From assembly GCA_017991415.1 (NCBI GenBank), contig JAGOQR010000001.1, positions 212,490-276,489 on the forward strand: 64,000 nt of DNA. Reading direction: 5' to 3'. The position numbers and the translations under genes were made by a program. Positions 46,492 to 54,802 of this stretch are shown here, in pieces. Within the stretch, counting starts at the first letter, position 1. Each line of letters begins with the position of its first letter. The notes beneath the pieces were generated by a model. The model made no database searches, was not told where the DNA came from, and saw nothing but the letters and a program-made list of their open reading frames with translations. This DNA is from Candidatus Magasanikiibacteriota bacterium. Lineage in GTDB: Bacteria; Patescibacteriota; Patescibacteriia; Magasanikbacterales; GWA2-37-8.

Positions 46492-47391
46492 TTAAATATT
46501 TGTAGCAGAAAGCACTGTCTTGGTCTTGTACTTATCAAATACAGTTGCGAATAGTATCGTAAGCATAATAATTATCCCATTAGACACCAGGGCAAAATGT
46601 TGATTTATTAAAAGCAATCCAATGACTATAATAGTAAGTAGCAGGGCGTTTAACGGAGAAAGCTGAGATCTTTCTTCATACCTGGAAGCAGACACTTCTT
46701 TTTCTTCCTCATAACGTTTACGTGCAGCAACTTGGACTTCTTTTTCGCTCATTCCTTTTACATTTATATTATAGAATCGAAATGGAGAGAAATGATATAA
46801 AAAGGAAGCATATAAAGCAGCATGTCCGAAGGCCATACCTAAGGCTAAAAAAGATAGTGGTACGAGCGTGGATATGTTACCCAAAAAATTACCATATACC
46901 TCAACATAATTAAAATTGATGACTGTAGTAGTAATAATCAGAATTAAATACCAAATGATAAACAACAATTCTTGCCATCGCCTAGGCGGAACGGGAATAA
47001 AGGCATTAATAATAGTAAAACAAGAAAAGATCACAAAGAGAGCTAACAACCCAGGAGGCAAATTACTTTGTATGACAAAATAAATAGCAACTAAATTAAC
47101 TACCAATAAAGATGTTTCATTTAAAGAAAAAACAACTTTTTTTCTAAAAAAGAACATGATAAAAAAAGGCAATATGGCAAGCCAAAAAAGGAGAGCGGAA
47201 ACGAAAAAAGTTCCCGGTTGCTGATCTGGAAATAAAAAAATAGTGGCTGGCAATGAAATAAATGAGAGTGCTATAGCTTTCAGAAGTCCGGACAGACTCT
47301 TTCTAAAATCTTCAAAAAAATTAATTGATAAAAAAACTTGGGAAAATACCCCTAGGATAAATACACTGATAAACAGCAGGTTAGGCTCCAT
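46492..47391 (-). CDS. hypothetical polytopic membrane protein
   Basis: 299 aa, 8 or more TM, C-terminal charged region. Confidence 0.35.
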   Translation of the reverse strand: MEPNLLFISVFILGVFSQVFLSINFFEDFRKSLSGLLKAIALSFISLPATIFLFPDQQPGTFFVSALLFWLAILPFFIMFFFRKKVVFSLNETSLLVVNLVAIYFVIQSNLPPGLLALFVIFSCFTIINAFIPVPPRRWQELLFIIWYLILIITTTVINFNYVEVYGNFLGNISTLVPLSFLALGMAFGHAALYASFLYHFSPFRFYNINVKGMSEKEVQVAARKRYEEEKEVSASRYEERSQLSPLNALLLTIIVIGLLLINQHFALVSNGIIIMLTILFATVFDKYKTKTVLSATNI

Positions 47392-47400
47392 ATCTAATTT

Positions 47401-47511
47401 GTTTGTTAGCTACATCGCAATAGTATCATACTAACCCAAAATACAAAAGGTTCTAACGCCTTGTAAAGGTCAATACAAAAACCCGCATGGTTAGCGGGTT
47501 TTTGATATGAG
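47401..47511. repeat. master copy of the repeat: 3' flank of tRNA-Asn (tRNA end GGGAGCTCATATC plus AAAACCCGCATGGTTAGCGGGTTTTT terminator plus TTGACCTTTACAAGGCGTTAGAACC)
   Basis: The dispersed repeats reproduce the last bases of the tRNA acceptor arm (GGAGC-aCATATC) and about 100 nt of its downstream flank. Confidence 0.6.
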
Positions 47512-47583
47512 CTCCCGGGGTCAGATTCGAACTGACGACCAATTGGTTAACAGCCAACTGCGCTACCGCTGCGCTACCCGGGA
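47512..47583 (-). tRNA. tRNA-Asn (anticodon GTT)
   Basis: Minus-strand cloverleaf. Acceptor TCCCGGG/CCCGGGA, D-arm GCGC-AGCGGTA-GCGC, anticodon loop CTGTTAA, T-arm GTCAG-TTCGAAT-CTGAC. CCA not encoded. Confidence 0.8.
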
Positions 47584-47644
47584 ATTTAGGGTGGAAATAC
47601 TATAATATTTTCCACCCAAATTGTCAATACAGAATTACTATTTT

Positions 47645-49795
47645 CTAAAAAACTGCTCTACCCAAGATTTTATCTAGGTCAGCCTTTACCTGTTTATAAT
47701 CCAATTGCGGGTTATTGCTACTGGCAATCCTAAAATCATTTTCACCTTCAATAACAACAAAATTAGCCTCTACAACACCTTCTCGCTCTTTAATAGCAAA
47801 GAGAGTGCTTAGGCCATCTAACTTGCTTTCTACCGCTAACTTTCCTTGTTTTTTAAGAATTCTGCCCAATTTTCTTGCTGCTTCTTCTATATCCTTGGCA
47901 ATTGCAGAGCCTTGCTCAGCTCTCTTAATCGCTTCTAGATGCGCCTCAATTACCCCCTGTTCACTCACCTGATCATTAATATGTTTTTCTGCTTGCGACA
48001 CAACGGTCTTGACTACTCTTGTATTCGTAGCTTTTTTTAACGCAAATAAAAAATCATCCATTTTATCTTTTGTTTGCAGGGCACTATTATTACTAATATC
48101 TACCGCCAAGGTAAGCTCGTCACCACCAATTTCTCCTACCACTAATCCATCACCCAAGCCAAACTCTCTATATACCTGAGCTACACTCTTTCTAAAGTCA
48201 CGCAGCTTATCTGTAGTTCTATCTCCAGCAGACAAAGAAATCTCTTTAATTTTTTCTGCTTTTTTATCTTCATCAACTTGCTCAACTTCTTGCAAAGCAC
48301 TCTCATACTCCAATAATAAATCTACTCCTAAATCTAAAACATCCAGACTAATATAGGCAGCATCTTTCATGGCAACAGCACGTTTATGAAATTCGCTGTT
48401 TGATGTATACTCGGCGTCTTTTTCATTTGCCCGTAATAATTCAGCAACCATTTTTCTTTTATCTGCAGATACATTTTCTTTATTTTTTATAATCTGCGAT
48501 AATTCATGGTTAGCCACCGCTTCATCTTTAGTTGCAGAAAGATCTTCTTTTACAAATGGCTTCACTGCATCTAAAATATTTAATTTTTTTACATATAAAG
48601 CAACTTTTTCAAGCAATTTTTTATTTTCTGCCTTAAACTTTCCTTTACGCACATCGCGCAACAAATCTCGATTAAACGCATACCTACCTTGCTGCTCTTC
48701 AAAAATAACAAATTCATTACCATCTACATCGGCAATTGTATTGCCACTGCCGATAATTTCTTGCCGCAATTCTTGAATATGATTAACCTCCGCAACTGTT
48801 TTTGCTTCACTATATTCTGCGCCATAGCTGCCATCTTTTACCTCTCTAGACATTCGGCTTGTCTGCAATGATTGATTGAGCGCTAAGAGCTGGTTTTGGG
48901 CCAAATCTTCCAAACTTCCTTCGCCGACTGTTGCCACACCATAATTCATCTTAAAACCATTTTTCTTTTCTCCGCTCACGCCTAACAGGTCTTTCTCAAA
49001 TTTTTTAAGCACCGCAATACGATTTGGGTCTTGCTCATGCTCTAAAATACGACTAACCGTTGCTAATACAAATTTTGTCATTTCAACATCAACTTCCTCT
49101 GAAACTTTTTCTAACACACCTTCCTCTAATTGCAACGAACCAGGAACTTTAATAACTTCTGTTTTATAATCAGACTGTAAAAACGAAATATCTGGATTGA
49201 TTTTTTTCATTGCAGTTTCTAAAACCGTTCTTTTTTGGGCAATTATTTCATTGGTTACCTGCGGACCAAAAATAGCATCATTAAGATATTTAATAGAAAG
49301 AAAATCAGCTCCTGGCACTAAAAAACTAAGCACCTTATCACCAGGCTCTAAATTGGTAAAAATTTTACCCCACTTTCTTCGTTCCAAAACACCAGCGACC
49401 ATACCAGCGTCAAATTCCTCTCCCTGCTCTAGATTATCAATCTGTTCGGCGAACGCAATGTCTCTGGATGTTCTAATAACAACTTCGTGATCCACTCGCA
49501 CCTCTCCTTGTTCTAATTCTAGAAACTGCTCTATCTTCTGTTGAAATGCTTGCAACTCTTCTTTTTCCCCTCCCTCTAATTTGTTTATTTCGCGCACTAA
49601 AGCTTCTTTTATTTTAAAGAGCACTTCTTTATAGCGTACGCCGTCTCGTACATCTACACTGCCAAGGGCTTTTTTGATTGCTGGCGAAGACTCAAACAGC
49701 TCTCGTAAATCTGAGACTTCAAATCTTTTTTGACTATCAGCAATAACGGGCTTTTGTTTTTTTTCTTGAGACGCATCTTGTTCTTGAGTAGTCAT
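47645..49795 (-). CDS. large hypothetical cytoplasmic protein (coiled-coil rich; C-terminal degenerate GGDEF-like GGDEL palm motif)
   Basis: 716 aa, no TM, extensive predicted coiled-coil. Near residues 520-600 the sequence ...ISLDVLDLGVDLL...GLVVGEIGGDELTLAVD resembles a diverged GGDEF/nucleotidyl-cyclase palm. Unverified. Confidence 0.3.
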   Translation of the reverse strand: MTTQEQDASQEKKQKPVIADSQKRFEVSDLRELFESSPAIKKALGSVDVRDGVRYKEVLFKIKEALVREINKLEGGEKEELQAFQQKIEQFLELEQGEVRVDHEVVIRTSRDIAFAEQIDNLEQGEEFDAGMVAGVLERRKWGKIFTNLEPGDKVLSFLVPGADFLSIKYLNDAIFGPQVTNEIIAQKRTVLETAMKKINPDISFLQSDYKTEVIKVPGSLQLEEGVLEKVSEEVDVEMTKFVLATVSRILEHEQDPNRIAVLKKFEKDLLGVSGEKKNGFKMNYGVATVGEGSLEDLAQNQLLALNQSLQTSRMSREVKDGSYGAEYSEAKTVAEVNHIQELRQEIIGSGNTIADVDGNEFVIFEEQQGRYAFNRDLLRDVRKGKFKAENKKLLEKVALYVKKLNILDAVKPFVKEDLSATKDEAVANHELSQIIKNKENVSADKRKMVAELLRANEKDAEYTSNSEFHKRAVAMKDAAYISLDVLDLGVDLLLEYESALQEVEQVDEDKKAEKIKEISLSAGDRTTDKLRDFRKSVAQVYREFGLGDGLVVGEIGGDELTLAVDISNNSALQTKDKMDDFLFALKKATNTRVVKTVVSQAEKHINDQVSEQGVIEAHLEAIKRAEQGSAIAKDIEEAARKLGRILKKQGKLAVESKLDGLSTLFAIKEREGVVEANFVVIEGENDFRIASSNNPQLDYKQVKADLDKILGRAVF

Positions 49796-49804
49796 ATATA
49801 AAAG

Positions 49805-50128
49805 TTATAACGATTGAATTTTGTGTAAAATAACTTGCATTTTATTATGATCTTCGGCAGCCATTTTTTCTTTATACAGAGATACTGCCTCCTTTTCAAA
49901 CTGCATCTTTTCATTTAAAATTTGATTATATAATGTCGGATTTTGATTAATAAGTCGCACGGTCACCTCTTCTTGCCAATCAATTAATTCAACAAGCATT
50001 CCTTTTAACTGACCAAGCTTCTCTGCTGAGAGATTAATAATTTTAACAAGCATTCTCTCCTTAAAAGCTGGGTCAAAAACCAAGATATCTTCTACCATGT
50101 TAAAAATTTCTTTTCTAAGCTCCTCCAT
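49805..50128 (-). CDS. hypothetical small helical protein
   Basis: 107 aa, helical/coiled-coil. Confidence 0.3.
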   Translation of the reverse strand: MEELRKEIFNMVEDILVFDPAFKERMLVKIINLSAEKLGQLKGMLVELIDWQEEVTVRLINQNPTLYNQILNEKMQFEKEAVSLYKEKMAAEDHNKMQVILHKIQSL

Positions 50129-50139
50129 ACGATTATATA

Positions 50140-51474
50140 CTACATTAGCTGGTAATTTTTAGCAGGGTCTTTTACACCATTAAATACCACGTCAATAATA
50201 TTTGATACCCCAAACTGTCTGCCATCCAAAAATCCAGCCATAGCTGCCTCTGCTAACCAGCCACTATCTACCCAATCAAACAACCACTCACTCACATATT
50301 TTGGATTATTTTGTGAGATTCCTGCGTTAATAGTTTTGAGCCAGGTACGATTATAATTTTCTTGAGCCCCCACAGACGGCGCCATAATAAGCGGCAGACC
50401 GAGTCCTGCATAAAAAACAAGTTCGCTTGGCTTGGTCCACAGCACATCTGTAGTTTTAAGCATCTGATTAAATTTACCAAAATAATCTTCTTTATCTAAA
50501 GCAAATAAAATATTGATATTTTTACCTAGTAATTTTTTGAGACCAAGTTCACAAATCTTATCTTGAAAATATAAATACACATCATTACGTGTGCCCGCTA
50601 CCAAGTTTAACACAAGCTCTTCTTTCAAAAGTTTTTTTCTAAGGCTGAGCAAGATATCTTTTGCCATAACCTTTTGTGCCCCTGCGCCACCTACGGCAAA
50701 CGTAAGTGTAAGTGGATGATGTGTGTGTGGTGTACCTTCTTCATCAACACTCTTTAAAAACTTAGCCATTGTATCAGCATACTTTTGTCTATATCTTTTT
50801 TGCGGATCAAGATTATGTATTCTTGATAATAAATCTGCTTTTAAAATACCAAGCGTTTTATCTCCCAGATCTTCTTCGGGCAATGGAAAACCTGTCAAAA
50901 AAATATTTTCTTCTTTTACGCCATACAATTTAAGCCTATCAACAACCCGTCTACAAGGCGCCAAATATTTTATTCGGCTTTTCTGCGGACTAAAGGACAC
51001 CCAAGCACGACTAATATCAGTATCACAAATAACCAAATAAATATCATTTTTAAATTTATGCTCCTCTGCCATAAAAGCCACCGAAAAAAAGGTAGTAATA
51101 AGCGGAATATCTTTGGTGTTTAAAAAATCTATAAAATCTTTTCCCCAATCTTTTTTAATAAGCGCATACATTGCTTTGAGCTGCATACTTGGCGCAGACA
51201 AATCTCGACGTGGATAAAAATCTTTTATAGCCTGCAACTTATCGTACAGGTTAAAAAGTTTATTACCAATAAGAGGTATATTTATTAATCGAGAAATAAA
51301 ACCATAAAAAACTTCGGAGCGATGCCATATATTAAAATCTTTTGGCGGAATACCCTGATAATTATTGGCGATAATAACCTTGCCTGTTGGAGACAAATGA
51401 CGTAACGGATAGGCAGCACGCTGATGACCATAGCCCATATCAACTGCCACTACCCACGCTTGTTTTTCTGACAT
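50140..51474 (-). CDS. GT-B-fold glycosyltransferase-like protein (MurG/UgtP/MGDG-synthase-like, family 28-like)
   Basis: About 444 aa from MSEKQAWVVAVDMGYGHQRAA (N-terminal G-rich loop plus His like GT28). C-terminal FAVGGAGAQK. The track ORF start overlaps the upstream gene; MSEKQ at 51474 fits better. Confidence 0.4.
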   Translation of the reverse strand: MSEKQAWVVAVDMGYGHQRAAYPLRHLSPTGKVIIANNYQGIPPKDFNIWHRSEVFYGFISRLINIPLIGNKLFNLYDKLQAIKDFYPRRDLSAPSMQLKAMYALIKKDWGKDFIDFLNTKDIPLITTFFSVAFMAEEHKFKNDIYLVICDTDISRAWVSFSPQKSRIKYLAPCRRVVDRLKLYGVKEENIFLTGFPLPEEDLGDKTLGILKADLLSRIHNLDPQKRYRQKYADTMAKFLKSVDEEGTPHTHHPLTLTFAVGGAGAQKVMAKDILLSLRKKLLKEELVLNLVAGTRNDVYLYFQDKICELGLKKLLGKNINILFALDKEDYFGKFNQMLKTTDVLWTKPSELVFYAGLGLPLIMAPSVGAQENYNRTWLKTINAGISQNNPKYVSEWLFDWVDSGWLAEAAMAGFLDGRQFGVSNIIDVVFNGVKDPAKNYQLM

Positions 51475-51481
51475 ATTATAA

Positions 51482-52180
51482 TTAATCTTTAAATCTTTTA
51501 TTGTGAGCAAACATAAAACCCATAGTTTTATCAAATTTTGAAGGAAAAACTTGAACACCAAAACCACTGGCACGTAATTTTTCTTCTATCTCTTTACTTT
51601 TTTCTCTACTTTCATGGTACTCCAAAATTATATAATTGACCACGGACAAATCTTTCTCGCTCATACCATCAAAGACTTCATACTCGCCTCCTTCGATATC
51701 CATTTTTAATAAAGAAACTTTCTTAATTTTATTTTGTTTAAGTAAATCAGCAAAAGAAACTGCCCTTACTTGCACCGAACCTGGGATACGATCAAAATCT
51801 AGCCCTAATCTATGATTATGACTATCTGGTGCAACCACTAATTGCCTAGAACTAGTTTCCAAAGCCAGAGCCGCCTCAATAATCTCTACCTTGGAAATTT
51901 TATTTTCTTTGAGGTGTTTCTGCAGTGCTTTTATATTTTTTGGTTCTGGCTCTATAGCAAAAATTTTAACTCGGCTATTAAGAGAATGAGCATGCATCAC
52001 AAAAAATCCAGCATGAGCACCAACATCAACTATTGGATCTGTGGCATTTTGTATAACCTCATCAGCTCTACGGTATTCGTGAAGCTTAAAAATTTCGTTA
52101 AAAACACTTTGATCTGCCTCATCTCGGAGGTTAAACTGCCATTTATTCCCTTTTACAATAAGCTCTTCTATATTTTTCAT
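51482..52180 (-). CDS. FkbM-family SAM-dependent methyltransferase
   Basis: 232 aa with VVDVGAHAGFF (motif I) and an FkbM-type C-terminus. Confidence 0.6.
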   Translation of the reverse strand: MKNIEELIVKGNKWQFNLRDEADQSVFNEIFKLHEYRRADEVIQNATDPIVDVGAHAGFFVMHAHSLNSRVKIFAIEPEPKNIKALQKHLKENKISKVEIIEAALALETSSRQLVVAPDSHNHRLGLDFDRIPGSVQVRAVSFADLLKQNKIKKVSLLKMDIEGGEYEVFDGMSEKDLSVVNYIILEYHESREKSKEIEEKLRASGFGVQVFPSKFDKTMGFMFAHNKRFKD

Positions 52181-52228
52181 ATTGGTATATTTTAGCCTAA
52201 ATCAAACCAGGATACAAGGATATAACTA

Positions 52229-52257
52229 TTGACAAAAACTCAGTTAAATGATATGTC
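52229..52257 (+). promoter_or_regulatory. candidate promoter TTGACA-N17-(TG-n-)TATGTC for a small RNA
   Basis: Perfect -35 and 17-nt spacer. Extended -10 TGATATGTC, with the C at the last -10 position weakening it. Confidence 0.35.
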
Positions 52258-52261
52258 TGTA

Positions 52262-52418
52262 TTAGACCCTCTCTTTGAAGTAAGAGCACGCCAACCGCCT
52301 ACGTCTCGACGTAGATGCAACTTGCACAGAAATACTACCAAACACCTCCCCGGGTGTGCGGAGACATTCCAGCAGGTACGGAAGCGTGCGATTCTTCATT
52401 GAGAGGGTCGCTTTTTTT
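52262..52418 (+). ncRNA. candidate structured small RNA (about 150 nt, GC-rich, closed by a long-range stem GACCCTCTC/GAGAGGGTC plus T7 terminator)
   Basis: Local GC about 55% in an AT-rich intergenic region. 5' GACCCTCTCttt-GAAG pairs with CTTC-att-GAGAGGGTC followed by TTTTTTT. Internal helices AGAGCACGC/GCGTGCgaTCT and CTACGTC/GACGTAG. Identity unknown. An SRP-like GGTACGGAAGC motif is present but the fit is not convincing. Confidence 0.3.
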
Positions 52419-52461
52419 ATTTTAAAATTTTTTAAAATATAGATTAATGATATGATACCTA

Positions 52462-52559
52462 TGCTTTCGAAGGAAAAAAGCCAGATACCCAAGCTTCAAT
52501 GTTGGCAGGTAAGCCGATCAGAGTAGGGGTAAACTCGTACCTTTTCTCCTTCGAAAGCA
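52462..52559 (+). promoter_or_regulatory. long-stem hairpin in the 5' leader of the PQQ-dehydrogenase gene (TGCTTTCGAAGGAaAAAAG ... CTTTTcTCCTTCGAAAGCA, 60-nt loop)
   Basis: About 18-bp stem with one mismatch. The loop has sub-hairpins. Ends about 22 nt before the ATG at 52581. Possible cis-regulatory leader or sRNA. Confidence 0.3.
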
Positions 52560-52580
52560 CTTAACTCATTAATACTGAAT

Positions 52581-53807
52581 ATGAAGAAGAAGATTTTTAT
52601 ATCTATAGTACTTACTGTCTTTGTTTTTCTTGGAATACTTGTTGGCACCTTTTACTACAAAAATCTACGAGGAGCTTGGGTTGCTATACAAGACTCCGAG
52701 GAAGTTACTCAAACTCAAGATAATACCCCAGCTACAAACACTTCTTCATCCCCTGCTCTCACAAAAAATAATACGGGCATACCATTGTCACTACCAGACG
52801 GTACCGCTATAAACACCCTCGCAACAGTACCAGGTGCCAGAGTAATGACAGTAGATAGCATGGGAAATCTATGGGTAAGCCAAACAAAACAAGGGCAGGT
52901 TACACTTGTAGAAATCAAGGAGGGCAAGGCTATTAAAACAACAGCCATATTTAAAAAGCTAAAAAATCCTCATGGTCTTGCATTTAATCCTGATGATCCG
53001 TTTGAACTATATATTGCCGAAGAAAATAAAATCTCTAAAGTACGAATCTACTCAGAAGATACGCTTCACAAAATAATAGATTTACCAAGTGGTGGCAGGC
53101 ATACAACCCGCACCATTGGCTTTGGTCCAGATAAAAGACTATACGTATCTATCGGGTCTTCCTGTGATACATGCAGAGAAAAAGACGAGAGACGAGCCAC
53201 TATCTACTCTATGGAAAAAGATGGTACTGATTTTAAACCGTACGCAAAAGGTTTACGAAACACCGTATTTTTTACTTGGAAAAATAACACTATGTGGGGC
53301 ACAGAAATGGGTCGGGATTTGCTCGGCGATGATTTGCCTCCTGATGAAATAAATATTGTACAAAATGAAAAAAATTATGGTTGGCCTATTTGTTATGGTC
53401 AAAATATTCACGATACAAAATTTGATAAAAATACATATATCCGCAACCCATGCATGACGCCATTTGAAACGCCAAGCCTCTACGATTTGCCAGCACACTC
53501 TGCCCCATTAGGCCTCGCTTTTATCCCAGACTCTGGTTGGCCACAAGATATGCAAGGTGATTTACTCGTTGCGTTTCATGGCTCATGGAACCGAACAACC
53601 CCGACTGGTTATAAAATTGTAAAATTAAAAATAGACTATAGCCAAGAACAACCGAAAGTTGTAGGCATGGAAGATTTTATTTCAGGCTGGTTGGGTACAA
53701 ACAAAAAAACCTACGGACGACCCGTAGATATTTTGACACTACCAAATGGAATTATGTACATTTCCGACGATAAGGCTGGTAAAATCTACGCTGCTGAGCT
53801 TAAATAA
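52581..53807 (+). CDS. PQQ-dependent soluble sugar (glucose/sorbosone) dehydrogenase family protein, beta-propeller
   Basis: 408 aa with N-terminal TM/signal. Motifs of the sGDH/YliI family (...IGFGPDKRLYVSIGSSCDTC..., HGSWNR). Confidence 0.65.
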   Translation: MKKKIFISIVLTVFVFLGILVGTFYYKNLRGAWVAIQDSEEVTQTQDNTPATNTSSSPALTKNNTGIPLSLPDGTAINTLATVPGARVMTVDSMGNLWVSQTKQGQVTLVEIKEGKAIKTTAIFKKLKNPHGLAFNPDDPFELYIAEENKISKVRIYSEDTLHKIIDLPSGGRHTTRTIGFGPDKRLYVSIGSSCDTCREKDERRATIYSMEKDGTDFKPYAKGLRNTVFFTWKNNTMWGTEMGRDLLGDDLPPDEINIVQNEKNYGWPICYGQNIHDTKFDKNTYIRNPCMTPFETPSLYDLPAHSAPLGLAFIPDSGWPQDMQGDLLVAFHGSWNRTTPTGYKIVKLKIDYSQEQPKVVGMEDFISGWLGTNKKTYGRPVDILTLPNGIMYISDDKAGKIYAAELK

Positions 53808-53882
53808 TTGGTTCCGAGGCTTGGAATCGAACCAAGATAAACAGCTTCAAAGGCTGCTGTCCTACCTTTAGACGACCTCGGA
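53807..53882 (-). tRNA. tRNA-Gln (anticodon TTG)
   Basis: Minus-strand. Acceptor TCCGAGG/CCTCGGA, anticodon loop CTTTGAA, T-arm CTTGG-TTCGATT-CCAAG, CCA encoded. Confidence 0.8.
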
Positions 53883-53885
53883 GTT

Positions 53886-54794
53886 TTAGACTTTTAATTG
53901 CTTTTGCATTGCAAGTGCGCTTGAAACAACAGTAAGAAGCAACACTGCCAGAGCTTGGGCTCCAAACAGCATCAGCATATTAGAATAGAAGTAATTTGTC
54001 AAGGAAAAGCCATTTGGAAGCACTACAGCCAAGTATGGATCTACCCAACGGAGCGCCAAATACACCAGAGCAATGGTACACGCTACACTTAGAAACGTAA
54101 AGACAAAAGATTCGACCAGATACGGCCCACGAATAAACCAATTACTTGCACCAACCAAACGTTTAATACTAATCTCGACACGTTGAGTAACAATGGCCAC
54201 ACGAATAGTATTAAAGATGATAAGAAAAGAGATTATTGCAAAAAGAATCGTAAGGCCAAAACCTACTTTTTCAATTCGATTAGTAATATTTTGCAATCGT
54301 AAAATAGCGTCTTCGTGATTATCAAAACTTTTTGCCTCAATAATAGTTTCATATTCAGGAACATCAAGGGATTCGATTATTTTTTTATAATCCTCTGGTT
54401 CCTTTGTTTTTATAATCATGGTAGGACCAAATGGGTTTGAGCCCAATTCGTCTAAGGCATCTAGTGCTTCTTTTTGCAGTTTGTGCTGCTCACGAAATGA
54501 TGCTAAAACCTCTTCTTTGGACTGAAGTTTTACCTCTGTAACTTCGGGAAACATTTGCACGTACGATTTGATTTCGGTTACATTTTTTTCTGTGGCTTGC
54601 GGAACAAAATAAATACTGACATCTATTTGTTTTTTTACTGCTTCGATGGCCTGTTGAGTTAGCACATCGAGAGACCATAGCGTATTAACAGATAAAAGCA
54701 TTAAGACCAAAATAAAAACTGTCATAAACGACAGGCTGAAATTTCGCCACAAATCTTGAAAAGCAAATTTAATTATTCGTAAAAAAGACAGCAT
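53886..54794 (-). CDS. ftsX: cell-division ABC transporter permease FtsX
   Basis: 302 aa with the FtsX topology (TM1, periplasmic domain, 3 C-terminal TM). Immediately downstream of ftsE. Confidence 0.75.
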   Translation of the reverse strand: MLSFLRIIKFAFQDLWRNFSLSFMTVFILVLMLLSVNTLWSLDVLTQQAIEAVKKQIDVSIYFVPQATEKNVTEIKSYVQMFPEVTEVKLQSKEEVLASFREQHKLQKEALDALDELGSNPFGPTMIIKTKEPEDYKKIIESLDVPEYETIIEAKSFDNHEDAILRLQNITNRIEKVGFGLTILFAIISFLIIFNTIRVAIVTQRVEISIKRLVGASNWFIRGPYLVESFVFTFLSVACTIALVYLALRWVDPYLAVVLPNGFSLTNYFYSNMLMLFGAQALAVLLLTVVSSALAMQKQLKV

Positions 54795-54802
54795 AGTATA
54801 TT

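Noticed and set aside
39968-47511. CRISPR array interpretation of the repeated intergenic element
   Set aside because: The repeats are 60-110 nt, contain a terminator hairpin, are spaced 0.7-1.5 kb apart with full-length genes between them, and are not identical in length. There are no cas genes; the Cas4-like nuclease at 60855 is 13 kb away and standalone.
39968-47511. Calling the repeat array a bona fide integron (attC sites)
   Set aside because: The core contains GTTAGAA/TTCTAAC, which only loosely fits the attC R-box consensus (GTTRRRY/RYYYAAC). No intI-like tyrosine recombinase or attI is present in the window. Kept as a hypothesis in the findings, not as an annotation.
52262-52418. Identifying the structured RNA as SRP (4.5S) RNA
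   Set aside because: A GGTACGGAAGC segment resembles the SRP helix-8 GGAAG region. But the molecule is branched rather than a single rod, and the conserved symmetric and asymmetric loop sequences of domain IV could not be aligned by eye.
52262-52492. 76-aa minus-strand ORF in the FkbM-PQQ intergenic region
   Set aside because: It lies entirely inside a GC-rich, highly self-complementary segment with its own promoter and terminator. It is better explained as a structured RNA. The ORF has no SD and an improbable composition.
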